The position numbers and the translations under genes were made by a program. This document shows positions 12,974 to 23,500 of a DNA stretch of 64,000 nt, piece by piece. Origin of the DNA: Macrostomum lignano (lineage: Eukaryota); contig NIVC01000010.1 in assembly GCA_002269645.1 (NCBI GenBank), positions 1,798,001 to 1,862,000 of the forward strand. The letters are read 5' to 3'. Below the pieces are notes generated by a model that did no database searches, had not been told where the DNA came from, and saw only the letters and a program-made list of their open reading frames with translations. Each line of letters opens with the position of its first letter. Position 1 is the stretch's first letter.

Positions 12974-13730
12974 ACAAGCTGTTGAAACCCGCGGATTTTG
13001 AACCCGGGGAATTCCAATACCCGGAACTACTTTTACACGTATTCTGAAATCTAAGGCCATACACAAACAAAAACTTGTTAATAGTTAGTAGGATAGAGGT
13101 AGACATAAAATGGAGCACATTCGTGTAAAATTAGGGTTTGAGGCAAACGTTGAAATTGTTGGCTGGGGTACTGCGCAGAATGTCAGGCAATGTCTGTCTG
13201 ACTCTAAAACATGTATTGGCAAACTCTGGCCAATATGTACTCTCCCTATGTCCCTTGGATCCTTTAAAATTTCTATCGTCTCTTCTGTTTCCTTTCTTCT
13301 CTCTTGTCCCTCGTCTCTCCTCTCTCTTCTCTCCTCTCTTCTCTCATATCTTCCCTCATCTCTTCCCTATTCTTTTCTCTCTCCTCTCCTCTCTCCTTTC
13401 TACTTTTTGTTTTCTCTCTGCTCTCCTCTCTCCTCTCTCCCATCTTCTTTCGTATCCTCCCTCATCTTTCTTCTCTTTCATATCTCTTATCTCATCTCAA
13501 TTCCCTCTTCTTTTCTCTCTCCTCTCCTCCCTCCTCTCTACTTTTTCGTTTTCGTTTTCGTTTCTCGTTGACCCTCCTCTCCTCTCTCCTCTCTCCCCCT
13601 CTTCTCTCTCGTCTCTTCCTTCTCCTCTCTATTCTTTTCTCTCATCTCTTAACTCTCTCCTCTACTCTCTCATCTCTCCTTTCTATTCTTTTATCTTTTC
13701 TCTCTTATCTCTTCTCATTTCTCTCTGCTC

Positions 13731-13789
<59 letters not shown>

Positions 13790-15845
13790 CCTCTCTCTCT
13801 CTCTTATCTCTCCTCTCCCATCTCTCTTCTCCTCTCTACTCTCTCCCCTCTTCATTCTCCTATTTCCTCTTCTCTCTCCCTGTCTCTCCTCTCTCCTCTA
13901 GTCTCTGTAATCTCTTCTCTCTTCTCTCTCCTCTGTTCTCTCTACTCTCCCATCTCTCGTCTGTTCACCCTCATCTCTGCTCTCTCATCTGTCATCTTTA
14001 CTCTCTTATACGTTCTCTCACTTATCTCCTCTGTACTCTTCTCTTTCACCTCTTCTGACTCCTCTCTTTCCTTTCTCCTTTCTCCTCTCCTCTTCTCTTC
14101 TCTTCCCTCTTCTATACTGTCTCCCTCTCTTGTCTTCTCTCGTCTCTCTGCACTCTCCTCTCACCTTTTTCATCTCTCATCTTTACTCTCTCATCTCTCC
14201 TTTAATCTGTCTCATCTCTACAATCTCATCTCTCCTTTCTCCCCTCTTCTTACACCCCTCTCTTATCTCTATCTCTTCTCTTCTCACTCCTCTCTCCCCC
14301 TCTTATCTCCTCTCTTCTTTATCCTTTCTACTCTCTCCTCTCCTCTCCTCCTCTTGACCCTCTGTCATCTTCTTTCTGCTCTCTCATCTCTACTCTCTTC
14401 TCACTCTTCTCTACTTTCCTCTCATCGATCCTCTGTCTCATCTCTCCCCTCTTCTTACATTTACTCTTTCCTCTCCCTCCTTTCTCCCCTCCTCTCGCTT
14501 CTTCCTCCCTTCTTCTCTGCTCTCTCCTCACCACTTGTCTCTCCTCTTATCTTCCATGTTTTCTCTTATCCCCCTCTCGCCTCTCCTCTCTTCTAATACT
14601 AATTAGTCTATTCCTTCTCCTTTCCACTCTCATCTGGCCCGCACATAAGCTGGATTCTTTATCTGGCTTTTGAAGTAAAAGTCTGCCGATCCCTGCTTCG
14701 AAAGCCAGTTTGTGGGACGTACTACTCTCATGGTTGTTCTCATGCTTTGATCACGTCATCTTTCTTGCCAATTTGCAGCCCTGAAAGGAATTTGTGTATC
14801 TTCAGCTCCACTGCAGTCTGCATCAGTCTAACAACCAAGGAAATACGCATTTCTTAGGAGGCCATTTAAATTTTAGAGTACTTTTAAGAGAAACTTAAAA
14901 TTTCCATGGTGTGCGGTGTGCCTAATTTAGTAGGGTTGTATTTCATTGCATCGCATCGCCTTTTCATAAATCTTTCGCTTTTACAAACCATGCTGGATTC
15001 CCTCGATTTGCCAATTGCCAATTGCCATCCACTGTTAAACTGCTGCAGAGTTTGGAGGGCAGTGGTTAGAATTTCTCACTAAACTGTTATGGCTAAACGA
15101 AGCCTCTCCACTCTCGGGGTGCAGAGAAGGCTATAAAAAAAGTTATTCCAAAACACTGTACATTTGCTATGTACATTCAGTCCTATCGCCTGACCCTTCG
15201 TCTGGCTCTGGGGGAATGAGTGAGTGAGTGGCACAAACAACAGAAAAAGCAGACAAACTTCACATGCTTACAGTTTCTTTTTCGGTTGAGTTACAGAGTT
15301 GAAACTTTACATTTAGACAGAGAATGGGTCAATGAAGAATTGTGTCAAGTTTGAAGTCAATCGCTTTACGTGAAGCAAACTTATGGCAGCTGAAAGTTAG
15401 TCAATTTTGAAACCCTTTTACACATCTGGGCCCAGATCGGGTAAGAGAGGCAGGCGGGCGGAGGTTGGGGTGGTTGCTACGCTGAAAAAACAGCCTAACT
15501 TTAAAAGCGCACAGCACCGCTCAGGATTAACTTTGATACTCGAAATTTTACACGATTGTGCCAAAATAGTTTAAGATTATCTGTGTCAAATTTGAAGAGA
15601 ATCGGTAGAAGTGGAGCGGCGCTATGGAGGATTTAGTGAAAAAATCGCGCATTTTGAGCAGTTTTTTGTACTTTTAGGTAGGAAGACTTGAGTCTAGGAA
15701 ATTAAAAGGTAGCCTAAGACATTCTCCGTAGTAAGTTTAGGGTGGGTGTAAAGTTTGGTGTCATTTGGTTGAGCGGTTTGGGAGTCCATAGCGAAGTAAT
15801 TTGTCCACAGACAGACAGAGTTTTGATTTTTATAGGTAGAGATAG
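12974..15845 (+). mobile_element. Non-autonomous Helitron/HINE-like element, copy 2
   Basis: Same termini and internal modules as 5633-9228; CT-rich core ~13270-14625 with a pure (CT)n run at ~13735-13785; lacks the foldback insertion. Confidence 0.6.
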
Positions 15846-16899
15846 ACTATAGACCTATTCAACTATTTAAACTTACTAAACTGACCTTTAATGCAATATT
15901 ATTAGTGCACATTTATTTATTTTTGATAGGCCCCTATGCCCTATGTAGGTTATATATTACCAATATATGTATGATAGGCAAGAAATTGAGTTTTTAATTC
16001 CAATATCAAAATAGTCATAGCAGATAGATAATATTTTGCATGTGATAGTTGAATCAAAATCAATGATAAATTTATATGCTATTCTAATAAGAACTATTAG
16101 TAAGTTTTTCTAACTTAGCCATTTGTATAATTGATAAGTTCCTATAGCTAGTTTATTGACATTTATTGATATTTAATTTATTGACTTAGTACTTATTATT
16201 ATTATTTAGTAGAATCATATTCATAATGACATAAGCTAGGCTAGCCTTGCTATCCCATATACGAAAAATGGTCAATCTGTGTTAATCTATCTATCTATAT
16301 GATCAATTAGAGAAAAATGGCTTAATAAATTTTCATGAGACTTGCAGTTGCACTGTTTGATCAAAAACTTTTCCTATGATGGTATATGTGTCTTTACTCA
16401 ATGAGAAATTGCTCAATGCTAAAGGGATTAAGTATTAAAAAAGATGCTTTTTTGCAAAGGTCAAGCAAACTTTTCATCTTGAAATGCATTGTAAGAATGC
16501 TAGAGACAAAATTGACTGGTTGAATTCTGATTCTAAAATAGATTGCATCATAACTGAATTGTAACTTTGTTACAGTATTGAAAATGCACTATAGAAACGT
16601 AGCACCAGATTGCATAATCATTTTGTTAACTGATACTGACCAACTGAGAAATTTATTATATAATAAATGCTTTGTGTGATTTACTCTATGCTTGGAGTTT
16701 TGAAAGTGTTGAATTATAAGTGCTGAAATTCATGTTATCAAAATGATAATATGATAAATGGCTAGCCTAGAGGTAAACAGACTAAACTGCTAAATGCAGC
16801 ACTGATAGTTCAAATTTTGAGAGAGTAGAATATTTTTTAATTAAAGCTTTCTAATGTCAAAACTAAAAAAAACTTTTTAAAACAAAGCATTCAAAGAAG

Positions 16900-17935
16900 T
16901 ATCATATAAAAAATGATAATAGATGTAGGAATAATAAAAGAAGCATCATGTCAGATATAAAAGAAATGTCATATAAAAGACAAAAGAAGAATCATTTCAA
17001 AGTTAAAAAATTCATTTTTCATTTCGGAATTGCTATAATGTCAAGGCTTGGGGGGAATTGCTATAGTGCTGTGATTCTTGGGGAGGAATCACTAAAATGT
17101 CAAGGCTTAGGGGAGAAAAATTGCTGAGATGTGAAAGCTTAGGGTTATGGTTAGTGTTAGGATTTTTCAGATTGCAAGGTTTATGGAGAGGCATTGCTGA
17201 GATGTCAATGCTTGCAAGGGGAATAGCTAGGATGTTAATGCTTGCAAAAGGAATAGCTAAGATGTTAAGGCTCACAAGGGATTGCTAAGGTTATTGCAAA
17301 GAGAAGCTGTAGTTTAAACAGGTAGTATAAATATGTAGTTTATTCTAAAGTAGAATAAAGCCTTGACAAAAGAAGTGTAATGTCAAAAATAAAAGAAATG
17401 TCATATCAGACATAAAAGAAGTGTCATGTAAAAATGTCACATGAAACTGTGTGCTATGACTCTTGGGGAGAAGTATTATGATGTCAAAGCTTATCTGAGA
17501 ATAGCTGAGATGTCAAGGCTAAAGTCAGAAGCTATATGTAGTTTATTCAAAACTTTTTATTACATTATTTGTTGGCTCTTCATGGGGGGGGGGTCACTGA
17601 TGGAAAAGTGTCATGTAAAAAATAAAAGAAGTGCCATGTCAAAATTAAGAAATTCATTTGGGAATCCTTACATTGTTGAGGCTTGCAGGAAATTGCTATA
17701 ATGCTAGTGCTATAATGACTCTTGGAGAAAATTACTGAAATGTCAATACTTTAGGGTTATGGTTAGGGTTAGGGCTAGGGTTAGAAGGTTGATAGATTTT
17801 TCAAGATTTCAAGGCCCTGACTATGTTTGACATCACTGAGATGTCAAGGGGGGAGTTGATATGTTAAGGCTTGTGGGGGAATTGCTGACATGTCAAGGCT
17901 TACAAGGGACTGCTGAGGTATATTGCAAAGAGATG
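16900..17935 (+). repeat. Degenerate repeat region with GGGGAATTGCTGAGATGTCAAGGCT units and TTAGGG-like tracts
   Basis: Multiple decayed GGGG(A)ATTGCT..ATGTCAAGGCT units; TTAGGGTTATGGTTAGGGTTAGGGCTAGGGTTAG at 17751-17784 and a shorter tract near 17140. Confidence 0.55.
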
Positions 17936-18111
17936 CTATATGTAGTTTATTAAAAAAACTTGTATTGCATTTTTTGGCTCCCCAATGGGGGTGCTGATTG
18001 ATAGTAGATACTATAAATGTATCTAACATTAGAGTTCTATTGTAATAAAACTTTTTCTGTATCCATATCTATAGCCATATATTAAAAAAATTCTTATAGT
18101 AAGTCTATCTA

Positions 18112-18735
18112 CGAGGGGTGTCCCAAAAGTTGGTACACTTTCTTCACTACAGCCTTTTCTGACCAATCAGAAATATTAAGTCTGTTTCAGTTGAAAAAAG
18201 AATTATCTGCCTGTTAAAATGACTTTCTGTTTATTTCTGTATCTGCTGGCATTCTTGAGATATGAGCACTTTTCTGCCCCACCACTTGTGCTACTTTTAC
18301 AAATTTCTATAGACCAAAGCTTTCCTGATGCACAAAACAACAAAACATTCAACAAATCAATAAAACATCTGCAACATGAAAGCTGAGGAAAGAACAGTTA
18401 AAAGTTAATCAACATTGTCCTGAGGCTTCTCCACATAGTCACCACTAGGTGCGCTGCACACTTCTGTCATCGGCTGTGCATGTCAACAATGCACGTCCCA
18501 CACAGCCAAGAAAACGGAGGAGACAATCGAGCAGGCAAATTTTGTGCTGCTCTCACTGCCACCCTATTCTCCGGATTTGTCAACAGCTGACTTTGCCTTC
18601 TTTCCAAAGAGGAAGAAGCTGCTGCATGGACAAATCTTTGCTTGTCGTGGGAGCCTGGAAGCATTGACTTGCCAAGTTCTCCTTCATGAGATGCCGCGCT
18701 CAGATTTTGCTAATTGACGACATTGATGACATGCC
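18112..18735 (+). pseudogene. Degenerate Tc1/mariner transposon fragment
   Basis: TA|CGAGGGGTGTCCCAAAAGT mariner-type TIR start at 18112; NNARP (cf. DNARPH) near 18485; PPYSPDLSTADFAFFPKRK from 18559 (cf. mariner PPYSPDLAPSDF.LFPKLK); frameshift and stops. Right end not found. Confidence 0.8.
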
Positions 18736-19139
18736 TTCTCTTTTTTCATTCCCTTTTTCCCTTTCTCACTACTTTCTCTTTCTCTTCTATTTCCCTTCTC
18801 TCCTTTCTATCTCTTTTTATATTGTTTAAGTAACTAAAGTAAAAAAAGTTGCCAATTCTTGCCAAGATTTTTTGCAACAGAGAAACCAACTTATTGGTTG
18901 GTTTCCAAGAAGCCTCTTGCAATCTAGCCTTATTTGATAGTAGCAGATGCTAGGCAGCTTACCTATTGGCTTAATTCATCTTAACTTAAGCCCCTACTAT
19001 CCTAACTACAATGTGTATATAGTGTCAAAAATGTTTTTTGAGTCCCTGAGCTTTAACCTCCCCTCCCCCTATTTTAACCTCAATATACTTGTAATATCAA
19101 ACATTTTTTGTCTTTGTTTGTTGCCTGAGTCCCCAATTC

Positions 19140-19625
19140 TAAAGACTTGAAAGCTCCTCTCGCATTGAAAGTGAAAACATTTATCTTAAATTTAGCCCCC
19201 AATATCCTAACCCCATCTGTCCTTGGCCCTAGGGACTTAAGAGCTTCCCTTGAAAGTGATATCATTTATCTTAATTTGAGTCCCACCACCCAACCCAAAC
19301 ATGCACATGGCAGCAAAACTCTTTGTGATTAAAGTGCCCAACCCTAGTAACTTAAAAGCTCTTTTTACATTGAAAGTAAAGACATTCATCTTAACATTAG
19401 TCCCATACCACCCAACCAGAGCATGCATATGGCATTGAAACTATTGCTAAGTCCCTAAATCCATGCAGGGGCTTTAGAGCCCCCCTTGGAAAATGAAAAC
19501 ATTCATCTTAACTTTAGCCTCTGCCACCTAACCACAATGTGGACATGGCATTGACAATCTATTTTGATGCTTAAGTCCTAAATTCAAGGGACTTATAAGT
19601 TCTTCTCACTTTGAAACTGGCAACA
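19140..19625 (+). repeat. Old degenerate tandem repeat, ~90-120 bp period, about 5 copies
   Basis: Recurring AAGCTC..TTGAAAGTGAAAACATT(T/C)ATCTTAA..TTAG(C/T)CC at ~19150, 19240, 19355, 19476 and 19597. Confidence 0.5.
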
Positions 19626-20324
19626 TTCTTTTTTTACTACCCTGATCCTATCAAATCAATAGCTTCGATATGCTAATATGCTTTGCCAAAGAACCTCCAT
19701 ATCTGTAACATCCTATAGCTGTATCCATAGCTACAATAGAACTCTAGTACCTATGGTTTATGCACATAATATAAAACAAAAAATTCTTGACTAATAGCTA
19801 TGTTTGTTGAAAATCTAGAACTATCTATCAAAATAATTTTAGCATAAGTAGAATATTTTATTCTAGATTTAAATAACCTTGAAAGTTTCATATCTCAAGT
19901 CTTAGCCTTAGGGGAGAGAGGCAAGTTGGGCAACTAACCTTTTCTTCCTTTGGTTAGTCCACTGGGAAGAATCTATTCAAATTCCTCCAGTAGACTTTGC
20001 ATTACCCTAGAGTTAATATAATCTAGAAAGTTAGAATGGCAATAATATTTTAGAAACAAAAACAAGCATAGACAATGTAGTTGATGCCTTAATTTTAGCT
20101 CATAAAATAGTATCTACAAAGTCACACGGTGGTAGAGTACTGTTTGCTGTGGCCTATTTTGCATTGATAAAGACCAATATATAATGCAATATCATGTAAA
20201 ACTTAGCTATCTTCTAAATTTGATGTTTACACTGTAAATAACAAACTTTTGCAGTTGATTCTTTAGCTTATTAAAAGCATAGAAATTGTGTATTGTTAAA
20301 AAGACAGGATAAACTAATACTGAA

Positions 20325-20580
20325 ATGCAAGGCGGTGGTGTGATAAGCATCACGGTTAAGTGCGACTTGGCCTACAGTCAAGCTGCTGGTCGGGTGCACC
20401 TGCGTCTGGGCGTTGATCGAACTCTCGACTCTCTTCTTGACGAATTCTGCTCTCATATGAGAATTCGAAGATTGCCAACTTTGTCACTGCGCAACGATTT
20501 GCATAGCGAGCTGGCATTGGACTTGACATTGGCTGCTGCTGGCCTGTCTGATGGCGACGTTATCTATGCCTTCGACTCTG
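20325..20580 (+). CDS. Exon encoding a ubiquitin-like (beta-grasp, SUMO/Rad60-SLD-like) domain
   Basis: ISITVK..RVHLRL..TLDSLLDEFCSHM..LSLRN..LDLTLAAAGLSDGDVIYAF matches the Ubl pattern (L.D..TL...G..DGD.I); strong donor G|GTGAGG at 20580/20581; no terminal diglycine. Confidence 0.7.
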
Positions 20581-23500
20581 GTGAGGGTTCAGTTAGTTTG
20601 CAGGCAGCTTCAAGCACTTTGGCTTTAGTTAGAGGCCCATTATTACTGCCCATTCCGCCGACTACCCTGAGCATGCACACTAGTGCGCGCGGATACGTAC
20701 GCAGCCATACGCACAGGCACACACTCACACAGGAGTGTACAGCGGCCCTAACTTTATTTATCGTCAGCCATGTACTTGGGGGTTGGCCCTCAGGGCCGTT
20801 AATTTTCAGCCCCGCTGGGAAAAAATTGCAGCGACGGCACTGTGACGACAAGCGACGACAGGCTAGAGACGATTTAGTCTTGAAGTCTTGATTAGCGCCT
20901 GAATATCTGAATATCTGTCATACGAGATTCATCTTTGTTTATCCCGTCTCATTGCTAAACTGCAGATCCGCCGCCTCCGCCCCCCGAACCGGTGCTGGCC
21001 AGGGACTCGGCTTCTAATTGGTGGATCTTAGCTGCGGCCGCACTGGCTATTGGCCTGTTCGGTGCTGCCGCCATCATTACAATGTTTGTCATTGGCAATC
21101 AGCCTATTGATGCGGTGAGATTAAAAACCAGGGCCACTGGTCCCCTGTTTAGGTTTGGAATGTCACTAATTCCATGTGATTCATTTTGGGATGTCTGATT
21201 CCAGATGACTCGGTTTGGGATGTCACTGATTCCAGCTGCTTTTTGTTTGGGATGTCACTGATTCCAGATGCTTCGATTTGGGATGTCACTGATCTCAGAT
21301 GCTTCAGTTTGGAATGTCACCGATTCCAGATATTTGTGTTTAAAATGTCACTGATTCCAGATATTTGTGTTTAGAATGTCACTGATTCCAGATATTTGTG
21401 TTTAGAATGTCACTGATTCCAGATATTTGCGTGTTTAGAATGTCACCGATTCGAGATATTTGTGTTTAAAATGTCACTGATTCCAGATATTTGTGTTTAG
21501 AATGTCACTGATTCCAGAAATTTTGTGTTTAGAATGTCACTGATTCCAGATCTTTGCGTGTTTAGAATGTCACTGATTCCAGATATTTGTGTTTAGAATG
21601 TCACTGATTCCAGATCTTCGTGTTGTTAGAATGTCACTGATTCCAGATCTTCGTGTTGTTAGAATGTTACTGATACTGTAATCCTAAACTTGTCACTGGA
21701 TAATTATCTCGTCACCGCTCGCACCCACAGTACGGAGTCATTATCGACGCCGGGTCCAGCTCATCCAAAGTGTACATCTACACCTGGCCAGCGTCCAAGA
21801 CAAATGGAAATGGCGTAGTGTCTCAACGCGCAGTAGCCAATAATTCTTGTACGTTTTGTTTATAAAATATTTATAAACTGGAAACCAGTTAAGATTAGAT
21901 ACTAAAAATTGTCGAATTATTTTTTGCAGCTGCTCCAATAGAAAGTTCTCAAGGCATTAACCAGATTGAATGGTCGCTAAGATCGTTGGATTCCGTGGTG
22001 CCAGAGGATCGGAAAGCCAAATCTGAACTGTTCCTTGGCGCCACTGCCGGCATGCGAATGTACAGGTGAATGGCATTGTCCGCTGCCAACTGTCATCATG
22101 GGTTCGAGCCCTAGATACTTGATATCTATGGCCAGCCTTGTAGAATTTAGACATGTTTCCTGTCAGTGTCCCATATCTTCAGTTGCTGGGCCTGTTTCCC
22201 AGATCCTCAGTTGCTGGGCCAGCCTCCAAATTCTCAGTTACTGGGCCAGCCTCCAGATTCTCAGTTGCTGTGCCAGCCTCCAGATTCTCAGTTGCTGTGC
22301 CAGCCTCCCAGATCCTCAGTTGCTGTGCCAGCCTCCAGATTCTCAGTTGCTGGGCCAGCCTCCAGATCCTCAGTTGCTGGGCCAGCCTCCTAAGATCCTC
22401 AGTTGCTAGGCCAGCCTCCCAGATCCTCAGTTGCTGGGCCAGCCTCCTAGATCCTCAGTTGCTGGGCCAGCCTCCTAAGATCCTCAGTTGCTGGGCCAGC
22501 CTCCCAGATCCTCAGTTGCTGGGCCAGCCTCCCAAGATCCTCAGTTGCTTGGCCAGCCTCCCAAGATCCTCAGTTGCTGGGCCAGCCTCCCAGATCCTCG
22601 GTTGCTGGGCCAGCCTCCCAAGATCCTCAGTTGCTGGGCCAGCCTCCCAAGATCCTCAGTTGCTGGGCCAGCCTCCCAGATCCTCGGTTGCTGGGCCAGC
22701 CTCCCAGATCCTCAGTTGCTGGGCCAGCCTCCCAAGATCTTCAGTTGCTGGGCCAGCCTCCCAGATCCTCAGTTGCTGGGCCAGCCTCCCAAGATCCTCA
22801 GTTGCTGGGCCAGCCTCCCAGATCCTCAGTTGCTGAGCCTCGATCCCAGATCCTCAGTTCCTGGGCCAGCCTCAATACCAGATTCTCAGTTGCTGCGCAT
22901 GGCGCCATCATTCTAAGAATTCCACTTGACACACAAAAAACCCGCAGCGCCGTCAACAGCACAGCAGCAGAGTTAGTATTGAACGGAGCTCGGCAGGTAC
23001 TAACCAGCAAGTTCGCTTACAAAGTATCCAACGCTACAGGACAGATTCGTATAATCACCGGAGCAGAAGAAGCAGTTGGCGCCTGGATTAGCGTTAATTA
23101 TCTCAAGGTATGCAATATCGCTATTCATTGCCGATATGTATCGAAAAATCACTTTTCTACTGACTCAATTGTAGAACAGTTTCGGAGATTTCGCCTCTTC
23201 CTCGCTGACCTCGCGAGTGGCCAGATCTGTTGGCTACCGTCAGCTAGCTAACGATTTTGACACCTTTGGCAGCTTGGACCTCGGCGGCGCCAGCACTCAG
23301 ATTGCATTCGTTCCGGCTGCCAATTTCACTCCAGCTGATTCGGTATCATCAAAGACTCACATTGTACCGTTGAGTTTGTACGGCAAAGTGTACAATGTGT
23401 ACGCTTATAGCTTCCTGTGCTACGGTAAAGCTGAAGCTGAAAACAGGATGCTGGCTAGCGTTATTGCTAATGCTGGCTATAATAGTTCGGCTGTCATAAA

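Noticed and set aside
5876-14596. Leu/Ser/Pro-rich ORFs of 200-430 aa
   Set aside because: Products of CT-rich low-complexity cores inside the Helitron-like repeats.
17751-17786. TTAGGG tract as a telomere or telomere-healing site
   Set aside because: Only about six imperfect units, embedded in a dispersed repeat and with a second decayed copy nearby.
20581-20891. Read-through of the 188 aa ORF beyond the Ubl domain as a standalone protein
   Set aside because: Sequence after the consensus donor at 20581 has no recognisable domain, while splicing gives an in-frame link to the NTPDase. Intron retention cannot be excluded without RNA data.
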